This document shows positions 18,101-27,113 of a stretch of 32,514 nt of DNA, in pieces. The DNA is taken from contig JANXCJ010000003.1 in assembly GCA_025060275.1 (NCBI GenBank), positions 1 to 32,514 on the forward strand. The letters are read 5' to 3'. The notes below the pieces were generated by a model, which did no database searches, was not told the origin of the DNA, and was given only the letters and a program-made list of their open reading frames with translations. The DNA comes from Bacteroidia bacterium (GTDB lineage: Bacteria; Bacteroidota; Bacteroidia; SpSt-205). Position 1 is the stretch's first letter; every line of letters starts with the position of its first letter. The position numbers and the translations under genes were made by a program.

Positions 18101-18889
18101 ATGAGCAAAGCAGGAATAGCCGTGCCTCTTCCTATTCTTTATCAAAGAGTGAAATGGATATATCCCTTTTTATTTGATGAAATTGTGGTGCGCAGTACGC
18201 CGCCCTTGCGCGAGGTAATGAATCGCTATCCCAAAGTTCTGCATGTGGTTAGTCATGCGGGTACCTTGGGATGGATTCCGGCTATTCTGGGACTGCTATG
18301 GGCTGCGATACTAGAGGGGGGAAAGGAGCGACGAGCAATGGGTTTATTTCATCGGGGATTGTATAGGTTCGGATTGAGTCGCTGGATATTACGCACAGTT
18401 TTTCAGAGTTATGAACCTCCTACCTTTGCTAAGGTGATACAGGCTTTTCAAAAGGAGCCTGTTAATGATATAGCTCTATTTCCGGAGGGGGATAACTGCA
18501 TACTCGGAGATGTGTATGAAATTAGACCTTTCCGCTCCCCGAAATTTATTGAGCTAGCTATAGCCGTAGAAGCACCCATCTTAGTAACCGTGCATCGCGG
18601 CTCAGAAGAGTGGGGCAAAGATTTTTATATTCCTAGCTGGATGCTAAGGTGGATAGCTAAGTGGCAGCCCACTTACATTCGTCCCCTAATGAAAAATCCT
18701 ATTTTGAATTTGCCTATTCGCATAGGGCGCATTCCGAAGTTTAGTATGCGCTGCTCCCTTTATTTTCCGAAGCTCTCCTATGATCAGCTAAGCTCTCGCC
18801 CGAGAGAGAGATGGTTTCAGCTGCATAGCGAAGCACAACGCGTCAAGCGTCTGATGGAAGCTCTCTTACAGGATATGCCTTATGTCTGA
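18101..18889 (+). CDS. Lysophospholipid acyltransferase (PlsC/LPLAT superfamily)-like protein
   Basis: VVSHAG, ALFPEG, F..LAI.VEAPILV...GSEE motifs. ATG 18101 preferred; 18065 is possible. Confidence 0.6.
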   Translation: MSKAGIAVPLPILYQRVKWIYPFLFDEIVVRSTPPLREVMNRYPKVLHVVSHAGTLGWIPAILGLLWAAILEGGKERRAMGLFHRGLYRFGLSRWILRTVFQSYEPPTFAKVIQAFQKEPVNDIALFPEGDNCILGDVYEIRPFRSPKFIELAIAVEAPILVTVHRGSEEWGKDFYIPSWMLRWIAKWQPTYIRPLMKNPILNLPIRIGRIPKFSMRCSLYFPKLSYDQLSSRPRERWFQLHSEAQRVKRLMEALLQDMPYV

Positions 18890-21461
18890 GAATACTGCCC
18901 TAATGGAGCAGTACAAATCAATAAAGGAAAAGAATCCCGGTGCTATCCTCCTTTTTCAGATCGGCGACTTTTATGAGACTTTTGAGGAAGATGCCCGTCT
19001 CCTGTCTTCCATTTTAGGTATTACACTTACCCGCAGGAACAATGGTAGAGCAGGGGATGTAGCACTGGCTGGGTTTCCTGTAAAAGCACTGGATACCTAT
19101 CTCCCTAAGCTGTTGGAAGCAGGATACCGAGTGGCTATATGTGATCAGGTAGAACCGCCTCACAAGGCTAAGAAGGTAGTTCGGCGAGAGGTAACTGAGG
19201 TGGTGAGTCCGGGAGTTTTTTGGGGGGGTGAAGAAGAACAAATGGATGGGCACTCCGCTTACTTAGCAGTTTTCTGGGCTCATAAGGCTACGGAAGCAGC
19301 GATAGTCCTCGCAGATGTTACCCGCACGGGTAGGATTTACTACTATGCTGGTTCTCTATCTCAGATAGAGGGGGTGCTGACGGCTTTTCAGCCTGTAGAG
19401 AGTCTGATTTATACCCAGCAGCGGAGTTTATGGGACAACCTTTTTCCTGGTGCAGCGCGAGTAGAAGAGCTGCCAGAGTGGTACTTTGATACTGGCAATC
19501 TACCCTCCCTTTTTGCAGAGGTATACGGGTATGAAGCTCCCAAAGGCTCTATCGTATGGGAGTCATCTCCTCAAGCGGCTGTTTTGGCTGCTCTTTTAGG
19601 ATACCTACGCTCTCTCAAGCAAGTACTTCTACCTCATCTACGCTTTCCTGTTCCTCTACCTGTAGGGGAAGCCTTTCTTCTTCCGCGGGAGACGTTGCGG
19701 CACTTAGAGGTGTTAGCTCCTCTTCACCCTGAGGGCAAGAGTCTTTTCCAGGTGCTCTGTTTGACTGTTACAGCAGCAGGTAGTCGTCTTTTGCGCGTTC
19801 GCCTTACCTTACCTCTTCGTGAAAGAGCTAAGATTGAGTATCGCCTTTCTCAGGTAGAAGCAATTTACGCTCATATAGAGAGTGTCTCTGTCCTTCAGGA
19901 TAGGCTTCGCGCAATTGGAGATTTAGAGCGTAGAGTAGCGCGCCTTAGCGCCCGGAAATCTTCACCCCGAGAAATAGCCCAATTGTACTATTCTCTCAGA
20001 GCTGCTACTGCTTTATGGGAAGCTCTTCCTGCTTCCTATCAAGGAGCGCCTAAAAATAGCTTTTCTGATGTATTAAGAGCGGTGGAGCTAATCTATGATT
20101 TTCTTATTCTCTCTTCTGAACCTCCTTATACAGGAGAGAAAATAGGAGAAGGCAAGGTAATCCGTGAAGGGCTAAGTGCGGAGCTGGATCGGGCTCGTTA
20201 TATACTCTCCCATGCACACGAGGAGCTCAGCCGATTAGAAGAAAAGGAAAGAGCCCGATTAGGCATACCTTCTCTAAAAATTCAGGAGAATAAGCAGTTA
20301 GGGTATGTATTTTGTATCACTTCTACTCATGTAAATAAGGTACCTCCTGAGTATCGCTTACGTCAGCAGTTAGCCCAGGGGGTAGCCCGTTACAGCAGTG
20401 ATGAGCTAGATAAGCTAAATGCGGAAATAGCTTCGGCACAGGAGGTCCTGGCACAAGAGGAGGCTCGGCTTTATGAGGTGCTTTTAGAGCAGATTAGAGT
20501 TTATATCCCTGCAATGCAGGAGGTAGCTCAATGGGTAGCTGAGGTGGACGTAGATGTAGCGTTAGCTTTGGCAGCCCACCGTTATGGATATGTGCGCCCG
20601 AAATTTACTGATAAACCTTCTATTACTATACGCAAGGGGCGCCACCCTGTGATAGAGCGTTTTCTACCCCCTCATCAGCCATATCAGCCTAATGATCTGG
20701 TGCTTACACCTGAGCAGCGCATCCTTCTCCTCACAGGGCCTAATATGGCGGGCAAGTCTGCTTACATGCGTCAGAATGCGCTGATTATCCTTTTGGCTCA
20801 GATAGGTAGCTTTGTGCCAGCAGAATCTGCCTGTATTTACCCTGTGGAGCAGATTTTTAGTCGGGTAGGAGCGTCTGACAACATTGCGGCAGGGCAGAGT
20901 ACCTTTCTTGTAGAAATGCAGGAAGCTGCGCGTATCCTTCATGAAGCTACCCCTAATAGTTTCGTTATACTGGATGAAATAGGGCGGGGTACGAGTACTT
21001 ATGACGGACTAGCAATTGCATGGGCTATCTTGGAACATCTACATAATGATCGCTATTGTTCTCCTTGGGTACTTTTCGCTACGCATTATCATGAACTAAC
21101 AGAGTTGGAGAAAGCCTTGCCTCGTCTAGCTAATTTTCATTTAGCTGTAGAGCAGCGGGGAGACAATCTGGTTTTTCTCCACCAACTGCGGAAGGGGGCC
21201 ATGCGTCGCAGCTTCGGCATTAGGGTGGCTGAGAAGGCAGGTCTTCCCCCCTCCGTGATTCAACGAGCCCAAGTTATTCTCAAACATTTAGAGAAGCAAG
21301 AGATACCCCCCTTTACAAGCGAACCTACCCTCTTCAATCTTCCTGCAGATAAGGAAGGAGCTTTGCGGCGTGCCCTCTTGGAGATAGACCCTAATACGAT
21401 CACGCCTATACAGGCCCTCTTCAAGCTGCAAGAATTACGCCTATTAGCTCAAGGAGAGTGA
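18882..21461 (+). CDS. mutS: DNA mismatch repair protein MutS
   Basis: GDFYE mismatch-binding motif, GRHPVIE, TGPNMAGKS Walker A, STFLVEM, LDEIGRGTST, ATHYHEL and TPIQAL tail. Confidence 0.97.
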   Translation: MSENTALMEQYKSIKEKNPGAILLFQIGDFYETFEEDARLLSSILGITLTRRNNGRAGDVALAGFPVKALDTYLPKLLEAGYRVAICDQVEPPHKAKKVVRREVTEVVSPGVFWGGEEEQMDGHSAYLAVFWAHKATEAAIVLADVTRTGRIYYYAGSLSQIEGVLTAFQPVESLIYTQQRSLWDNLFPGAARVEELPEWYFDTGNLPSLFAEVYGYEAPKGSIVWESSPQAAVLAALLGYLRSLKQVLLPHLRFPVPLPVGEAFLLPRETLRHLEVLAPLHPEGKSLFQVLCLTVTAAGSRLLRVRLTLPLRERAKIEYRLSQVEAIYAHIESVSVLQDRLRAIGDLERRVARLSARKSSPREIAQLYYSLRAATALWEALPASYQGAPKNSFSDVLRAVELIYDFLILSSEPPYTGEKIGEGKVIREGLSAELDRARYILSHAHEELSRLEEKERARLGIPSLKIQENKQLGYVFCITSTHVNKVPPEYRLRQQLAQGVARYSSDELDKLNAEIASAQEVLAQEEARLYEVLLEQIRVYIPAMQEVAQWVAEVDVDVALALAAHRYGYVRPKFTDKPSITIRKGRHPVIERFLPPHQPYQPNDLVLTPEQRILLLTGPNMAGKSAYMRQNALIILLAQIGSFVPAESACIYPVEQIFSRVGASDNIAAGQSTFLVEMQEAARILHEATPNSFVILDEIGRGTSTYDGLAIAWAILEHLHNDRYCSPWVLFATHYHELTELEKALPRLANFHLAVEQRGDNLVFLHQLRKGAMRRSFGIRVAEKAGLPPSVIQRAQVILKHLEKQEIPPFTSEPTLFNLPADKEGALRRALLEIDPNTITPIQALFKLQELRLLAQGE

Positions 21462-22519
21462 GTAGATTGGATTATTATATCTTCCGAACTTTCTTAGTTA
21501 GTGTCTTAGGGAGCTTAGGATTACTGGTAGTGACGTTGGTGGCGATAGATGTGGCAGAGAAAATAGACGATTTTGTAGAGCGTCAGGTACCTGTTTCGGC
21601 TCTATTTCGGTATTACCAACATTTTATCCCATTTTATGCAAATCTTCTCTCTCCGTTAGTGGTGTTCATTTCTGTGCTTTTTTTTACCTCCAAGCTGGCT
21701 CAGCGCTCTGAAATAGTAGCTCTATTGGCAGGTGGCGTGAGCTTTTGGAGAATACTGCGTCCTTATCTTCTCATGGCTTCATGTTTTTCAACTATAAGCT
21801 GGGTTCTTCAGCTGTACATAACGCCTAAAAATGTACGCCGCATACAGGAATTTGAGTATAAGTATATCAAGGGAAGGTACTGGTTTGATCAGCGGCAAGT
21901 GCACATTAAGCTGACGCCTGAGGGCTATCTTTTCATACGGGCTTTTGATAGATTTGACAAAGTAGGCTTTGGAGCTCACTTAGAGCGTATAGAGAAAGGT
22001 AAATTAAGAGAGCGATTTGTAGCAGAGGAAATTCAGTGGGTAAAGGGAAAGCACTGGAAATTTCAGCGAATATGGTACTTTTCAGAGGGGCATTTACCTG
22101 CCTACAGGTTCGCCCTAGATACAATCCTACCCCTCACACCTGAGGATGTGATTCGTTCAGAACTCTATACGCGTACGATGAACCTACCTGAACTATGGGC
22201 AGAATACCAACGGCAGAAGTATGTAGGGGGTGATATCGCAAATCTCTTAGAGATGGAGCTACATGAACGGGTAGCTATTCCTATGGCTTCTATGATACTG
22301 ACTGCGTTGGGGTTTGCTTCTGCCTCTCGCAAAAAAAGGGGAGGCGTAGCCTGGCAAATCGGGTTAGGATTGCTCTTGGCATTTGTGTATGTTTTTTTAC
22401 TTAGCATCGCTAAAAGTTCTTTGGGGTCGCTTTCCGGATGGGCATGGCTTGGCATATGGATACCTAACATAGTGTTTAGCGCTGTGGGTGTAGTATGGCT
22501 GAGGTGGGTACCCAAATAG
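21458..22519 (+). CDS. LptF/LptG family LPS export permease
   Basis: LDYYIFRTF, three N-terminal TMs, SEIVALLAGGVSFWRILRP, periplasmic beta region, RKKRGG, three C-terminal TMs and WIPN. Confidence 0.88.
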   Translation: MSRLDYYIFRTFLVSVLGSLGLLVVTLVAIDVAEKIDDFVERQVPVSALFRYYQHFIPFYANLLSPLVVFISVLFFTSKLAQRSEIVALLAGGVSFWRILRPYLLMASCFSTISWVLQLYITPKNVRRIQEFEYKYIKGRYWFDQRQVHIKLTPEGYLFIRAFDRFDKVGFGAHLERIEKGKLRERFVAEEIQWVKGKHWKFQRIWYFSEGHLPAYRFALDTILPLTPEDVIRSELYTRTMNLPELWAEYQRQKYVGGDIANLLEMELHERVAIPMASMILTALGFASASRKKRGGVAWQIGLGLLLAFVYVFLLSIAKSSLGSLSGWAWLGIWIPNIVFSAVGVVWLRWVPK

Positions 22520-22552
22520 AAGAGTATTTGTTATTTGACAAGCATAAGAGTG

Positions 22553-22560
22553 TAGTTTTG
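22553..22560 (+). promoter_or_regulatory. -7 promoter element TAGTTTTG, 4 nt before GTG 22565
   Basis: Exact TAnnTTTG-TATA-GTG. Upstream TTTG at 22527-22530 and 22534-22537 are -33 candidates. Confidence 0.55.
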
Positions 22561-22564
22561 TATA

Positions 22565-22894
22565 GTGTCTGAGAGAAAGCTGTATTACGACCGAAACTGC
22601 CCCATATGCAGCAGTCTCGCCAGCTGGATAGAGAAGGATGCCCATAGGGCAGGCCTCCAACTGGTGCCCACGGAGTACGATAATTTGGAGCCCCTTCCTC
22701 TACCAGTGGACTCTGTCATCTATGACCAAGAGGGAAAGCTGTGGATTAAGTCTGAAGCTATCCGGCATATTTTGAAAGACATAGGATGGGTAATTCCTGC
22801 TAAAATCGTAGGTCTGATACCCTTGCGATGGCGGGATAAAATGTATGATATCTTAGCTGCTCTCCGAAAATGGTTATTTTTATGGCGTCCCTAG
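22565..22894 (+). CDS. DCC1-like (DUF393) thiol-disulfide oxidoreductase
   Basis: YYDRNCPIC (DxxCxxC), DSVI, KSEA and P..RD..Y...A..R motifs. Confidence 0.82.
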   Translation: MSERKLYYDRNCPICSSLASWIEKDAHRAGLQLVPTEYDNLEPLPLPVDSVIYDQEGKLWIKSEAIRHILKDIGWVIPAKIVGLIPLRWRDKMYDILAALRKWLFLWRP

Positions 22895-23391
22895 TCGGTG
22901 TCGTGATGGGGAGTAAGAGTGATGCGGAGGTCATGGAGCCAGCTAAGGGCGTTTTGGAAAGTTTTGGTGTGCCTTATGAATTTACGATTGTTTCGGCCCA
23001 TCGCACACCGGATCGGCTGTGGGCTTACGGGAAGCAAGCGGCAGCTCGGGGGCTGAAAGTGATAATTGCAGCGGCAGGTGGAGCAGCACATTTACCGGGC
23101 ATGTTGGCTTCTCTTACACCGCTTCCTGTGATTGGCGTTCCTATTCGTTCTTCTCAGTCGCTATTAGGCTTGGACTCTCTGCTCTCTATTGTACAGATGC
23201 CTAAAGGAGTGCCTGTGGCTACCGTGGCTATAGATAATGCAGTAAATGCAGCTCTTTTAGCGGTGAGGATTTTAGCTATACATGATGAGAATCTGCGGTC
23301 TCGGCTCCTTGTGTATCAGGAACAGCTTAGCCGGGAGGCGCTTTTACCTATTCAGGAAGAGCCGCAGCGGTTCCATTCGGTGTCGCTGTGA
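22882..23391 (+). CDS. purE: N5-carboxyaminoimidazole ribonucleotide mutase
   Basis: [29 protein letters not shown] and [14 protein letters not shown]. Confidence 0.96.
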   Translation: MASLVGVVMGSKSDAEVMEPAKGVLESFGVPYEFTIVSAHRTPDRLWAYGKQAAARGLKVIIAAAGGAAHLPGMLASLTPLPVIGVPIRSSQSLLGLDSLLSIVQMPKGVPVATVAIDNAVNAALLAVRILAIHDENLRSRLLVYQEQLSREALLPIQEEPQRFHSVSL

Positions 23392-23963
23392 GATACCTCA
23401 TAATAGCTTTGTTCAGTATGGGTATGGCACAAATAGAGGAGGCTACCTTTGGAGGGGGATGCTTCTGGTGTACTGAGGCTCTCTTCAAACTATTGAAGGG
23501 AGTTGAAATGGTATTTCCAGGATATGCAGGGGGGCACGTACCAAATCCGTCCTACGAACAGGTCTGTTCTAAAACCACAGGACATGCCGAAGTGGTGAGG
23601 GTACGATTTGACCCTCAGGTAATATCTTACGAAATGCTGGTAGAATACTTCTTTCTTACCCATGATCCCACCACGCTCAATCGGCAAGGAAATGACGTAG
23701 GACCCCAATATAGGTCTGTAATCTTTTACCATTCGGAAGCGCAACGAGAAACCGCAGAAAGGGTTAAAGCCCGCCTAGAGGCCCAAAAGATTTTTTCTAA
23801 GCCTATAGTTACTACCATAGAACCTCTTACTACCTTTTATCCTGCGGAGAAGTATCACTGGGATTATTTTAGTCAGCACCCTGACCAGCCTTACTGCGCT
23901 TTTGTTATCGCTCCCAAAGTCCATAAGGCAAGAGAGAAATTCAAAAAACTTCTGAGGGAATAA
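23388..23963 (+). CDS. msrA: Peptide-methionine (S)-S-oxide reductase, with a probable short signal peptide
   Basis: [46 protein letters not shown] and YC motifs. N-terminus [14 protein letters not shown]|Q. Confidence 0.95.
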   Translation: MRYLIIALFSMGMAQIEEATFGGGCFWCTEALFKLLKGVEMVFPGYAGGHVPNPSYEQVCSKTTGHAEVVRVRFDPQVISYEMLVEYFFLTHDPTTLNRQGNDVGPQYRSVIFYHSEAQRETAERVKARLEAQKIFSKPIVTTIEPLTTFYPAEKYHWDYFSQHPDQPYCAFVIAPKVHKAREKFKKLLRE

Positions 23964-23981
23964 GAGTTTGAATAAGGTGAG

Positions 23982-23989
23982 TATATTTG
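23982..23989 (+). promoter_or_regulatory. -7 promoter element TATATTTG, 4 nt before ATG 23994
   Basis: Exact TAnnTTTG-CCGT-ATG. Confidence 0.6.
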
Positions 23990-23993
23990 CCGT

Positions 23994-24995
23994 ATGCAGC
24001 GATTCCCTTTTATAGGGCTGATAGTAATACTATTAGCTCAAGAAGCACCAGTAGGATTCGGACTGGTGCTGCGTGGGCACAGTGGCGTTGCAATAGGTTC
24101 GTTTGGCAAGCTTCGTGAGGATCTGAAAGCTGCGAATGCATTAGGTAAAGATTTTCGTATTATCCCATGGGCTACTACTGCGGGGGGAAGTTTTGATTTA
24201 CTCTTCGGGGGGCGCGTACCATTAGGGGGCGCAATACAACTTCAACATTATGATGCCTCAGAAACAGAGAGAGGTTTAGCCCGCCCTTATGCACTCCACT
24301 ATGGGGGTCAGGTAGGCTTTGCCCTTGTCAATAAAAATCTCTGGCTTTTCTATCCTTACGTAGGCTATCAGGTGGGCAGTTACCAAGTGCGTTATACAAA
24401 CTATTTCACAGAGCCGATATTTTTTGGTAATAATCAGGAGCTTCGTCCTTTGCAGAAGCGCACTTTTTCTAGTCAATTGGGTTTGGCTGAAATCGCTTTA
24501 GCTCTGCGGCGATGGAAACGAGAGCAAGGTATTACCTTGGTGTGGGGAGTAGATGTAGGGGGCTTTTTCTCTCCTTCCAAGGGTAGCTGGAAAGCTTCGG
24601 AAGGACCTAATCCTACGGGGGTTAGTCCGGCTCAACTAAGTGGAGGGTATCTTCGTTTTTCTTTAGGAGTAGGATACGTCAAGCCGAAGTCTGAGGCTTC
24701 TGCGGCGCCTCCTCCTCCCGAGCCCTCAGAGGAAAAGCCGAAAAAGAAGCGCAAGAAGTCTGAGGAGCCTGAACAAGAACCCGAGCAGAAGAAAGTAGAA
24801 GATAAGACTCAACCTCAGCCTCCTCCATCTACCATGCCCACAGAAAAACCTGAAGAAGATAAGAAGAAGCGCAAAAAGAAAGAAAAGGAAACTAAAGAGA
24901 CTAAGATAGAGTCAGCCCAACCCACAGTCTCGCCAGAAAAACCTCAAAAGGAGAGTAAAAAGAAGAAAAAATCTGACGAGGAGGATGAAGATTAG
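23994..24995 (+). CDS. Hypothetical outer-membrane beta-barrel-like protein with a low-complexity P/K/E C-terminal tail
   Basis: Signal peptide ending LLA|Q. Alternating amphipathic Gly/aromatic strands ending GGYLRFSLGVGY, followed by a 105-aa charged tail. Confidence 0.6.
   Translation: MQRFPFIGLIVILLAQEAPVGFGLVLRGHSGVAIGSFGKLREDLKAANALGKDFRIIPWATTAGGSFDLLFGGRVPLGGAIQLQHYDASETERGLARPYALHYGGQVGFALVNKNLWLFYPYVGYQVGSYQVRYTNYFTEPIFFGNNQELRPLQKRTFSSQLGLAEIALALRRWKREQGITLVWGVDVGGFFSPSKGSWKASEGPNPTGVSPAQLSGGYLRFSLGVGYVKPKSEASAAPPPPEPSEEKPKKKRKKSEEPEQEPEQKKVEDKTQPQPPPSTMPTEKPEEDKKKRKKKEKETKETKIESAQPTVSPEKPQKESKKKKKSDEEDED
24678..24992 (+). repeat. Three imperfect [Pro-rich]-EKP-[poly-Lys]-[acidic] peptide repeats
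   Basis: EEKPKKKRKKSEE, EKPEEDKKKRKKKEKE and EKPQKESKKKKKSDEE. Confidence 0.6.
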
Positions 24996-25021
24996 GAAGT
25001 TATTTGTTTAGGTACTAGAGG

Positions 25022-26104
25022 ATGAAGGTTTCAGAAGAGCGGATTAGGCGTGCCCTCTCCCATATCATAGACCCGGACCTCAAACAAGATATCGTAACTG
25101 CGGGGCTAGTAGCCGGTCTAGCCTGGAACGAAGAAAATCAGAAAGTATCCATATCACTGCAGCTTACTACGCCTGCCTGTCCTCTGAAGAGTTATTTTGA
25201 GAGCCAGGTTAGAAGGGTTCTGCAGGAGGAGCTTGGTGAGGCTTGGTCGGTAGAAATAGCTTTCACAGCGCAGACCATAGGCGGTAGTTTTTCGGAACTT
25301 CCGCAGGTCAAGAATGTTCTCCTTGTAGCTTCGGGGAAAGGTGGGGTAGGAAAATCCACTCTATCTGTAAACTTGGCTGTCTGTTTAGCAAAGCGTGGCG
25401 CAAAGGTTGGACTTCTGGATGCAGACATTTATGGTCCAAGTGTCCCTATTCTGATGGGGTTAGAGCGAGCGAAACCCTCTGTGGAAGAAAAGGAAAGTCG
25501 TCCCTATTTATTACCCATATATAAGTATGGGGTTTATGTAATGTCCATGGGTTTTCTGGTTCCTACAGGGCAAGCTACGCCCTGGCGAGGTCCTATGGCT
25601 TCTAATACGCTGCGGCAGCTCCTTACTGATACGCTATGGCCTGAGTTGGATTATCTGATTGTAGATATGCCGCCGGGCACGGGCGACATCCAGATTACAA
25701 TGGCTCAACAATTTAGACCTCAAGGGGCAATAATCATAACTACTCCCCAGAAAGTAGCCCTTGCTGATGCAGAAAAAGCGCTGAGTATGTTCAAAATGCC
25801 CCTTATTCAGGTGCCTATTATAGGGATAGTAGAGAATATGTCATATTTCTGGACTCCTCTACTACCAGAGAGAAAGTTTTATATCTTTGGAGAAAAAGGG
25901 GGCCGTATGTTGGCAGAAAAATATGAAGTTCCTTTTCTGGGGGAAATTCCTCTCATAGAGGATGTAGTTCAAGAGGGAGATAGGGGTATCCCCTCAGCTC
26001 TTTCTGAAGGCACACCGATGTCAGAGGCGTTTAGTAGAGTAGCGGACGAAGTGGTTCGTGAAGTGGCTCGCTTAGCTTTTTTCTCTTCTGTGGTATGCAG
26101 ATAA
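25022..26104 (+). CDS. mrp: Mrp/NBP35 (ApbC) Fe-S cluster carrier ATPase
   Basis: N-terminal FeS_assembly_P domain (DPDL..DIV, TTPACP), SGKGGVGKST, DADIYGPS, WRGPM, DMPPGTGD, TTPQ and ENMS. Confidence 0.93.
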   Translation: MKVSEERIRRALSHIIDPDLKQDIVTAGLVAGLAWNEENQKVSISLQLTTPACPLKSYFESQVRRVLQEELGEAWSVEIAFTAQTIGGSFSELPQVKNVLLVASGKGGVGKSTLSVNLAVCLAKRGAKVGLLDADIYGPSVPILMGLERAKPSVEEKESRPYLLPIYKYGVYVMSMGFLVPTGQATPWRGPMASNTLRQLLTDTLWPELDYLIVDMPPGTGDIQITMAQQFRPQGAIIITTPQKVALADAEKALSMFKMPLIQVPIIGIVENMSYFWTPLLPERKFYIFGEKGGRMLAEKYEVPFLGEIPLIEDVVQEGDRGIPSALSEGTPMSEAFSRVADEVVREVARLAFFSSVVCR

Positions 26105-26334
26105 CTTTAGAGGACATAGCAGCTCGTTTAGAACCTATTCGTACTCATTTGACTCTTGATGGAGGAGATATAGAGGTAGTTCGCCTGAGCCCAGATAACC
26201 GTGTGTTATACATAAGGCTTGTGGGAAGCTGCCGAACCTGTGACTTGAGCCCTACCACTGTTCAATTAGGTGTTTTAGAGCCACTTCGTCGCCATTTCCC
26301 CTTTCTTGAAGCAGTAGAGGTAATTCCAGACTAA
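26095..26334 (+). CDS. NifU/NfuA C-terminal domain protein
   Basis: IR..L..DGGDIEVV, L.GSCRTC (CxxC) and T...G...L motifs. Overlaps the mrp stop. Confidence 0.88.
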   Translation: MQITLEDIAARLEPIRTHLTLDGGDIEVVRLSPDNRVLYIRLVGSCRTCDLSPTTVQLGVLEPLRRHFPFLEAVEVIPD

Positions 26335-26347
26335 ATAGATAAGTCCT

Positions 26348-27046
26348 ATGCAACGAATTGTAGTAGGCGTTTTAGTTTTCCTTTTCATTGGGTGTGAGAA
26401 GCTAGAGGTGCCACAAGGTGAGCAGCTTACAGAGGAGGAGGTGGTAGCTGGTTTGAAAGAGGCGCTTCGTGTGGCTACAGATACTACTGTGCGCTACCTC
26501 AATCGGATAGATGGATACTATGGAGATGCTCTTATTCGTATTCTTTTTCCCGAGGAAGCCTGGAAGGTCAAAGCAGCTATAGAAGCCCTTCCTGGGGGGA
26601 GGGACCTCATACAGGACTTAGTGATTAAGATGAATAGAGCGGCTGAGGAAGCTGCCGCAGAAGCCAAGCCTATTTTCTGGAATGCCATAGCAGCTCTCAC
26701 TATTCAAGAAGGTATGCGAATCCTAAAAGGGGACAGTGTGGCAGCTACCACCTATCTCAAAAATCAAACTCAAGACAGTCTCTATGTGCGATATAAGCCT
26801 AAGATTCAGGCTGCCATGGAGAGTGTAGGGGCGCAGCAAGCGTGGGAGTATATCGTAGATACCTATAATAGCCTCCCTACTACGGATACCCCCCTAGAAA
26901 ACCGGGATTTGTCGGCATATGTTACCCATCGCGCGCTCTATGGTTTATTTCTCAAGATAGGACAGCATGAGACCAAGATTCGTCGTGAAGTACAGTATCG
27001 TGTCACTGACCTTCTTCAGAAGGTATTTGCCCATGCTACGAGCTGA
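26348..27046 (+). CDS. DUF4197 family lipoprotein
   Basis: Lipobox FIGC. LTEEEVVAGLKEAL, MNRAAEEA, AAT.YL, YVT.RAL.GLF..I...E.KIR and LLQKVF. Confidence 0.88.
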   Translation: MQRIVVGVLVFLFIGCEKLEVPQGEQLTEEEVVAGLKEALRVATDTTVRYLNRIDGYYGDALIRILFPEEAWKVKAAIEALPGGRDLIQDLVIKMNRAAEEAAAEAKPIFWNAIAALTIQEGMRILKGDSVAATTYLKNQTQDSLYVRYKPKIQAAMESVGAQQAWEYIVDTYNSLPTTDTPLENRDLSAYVTHRALYGLFLKIGQHETKIRREVQYRVTDLLQKVFAHATS

Positions 27047-27113
27047 CTACAAGGGAGGCGTAAAAAAAGGATGATGAAGAATATCTCTAAGAGTAGAGAC
27101 GGAGTTTTGAAGT

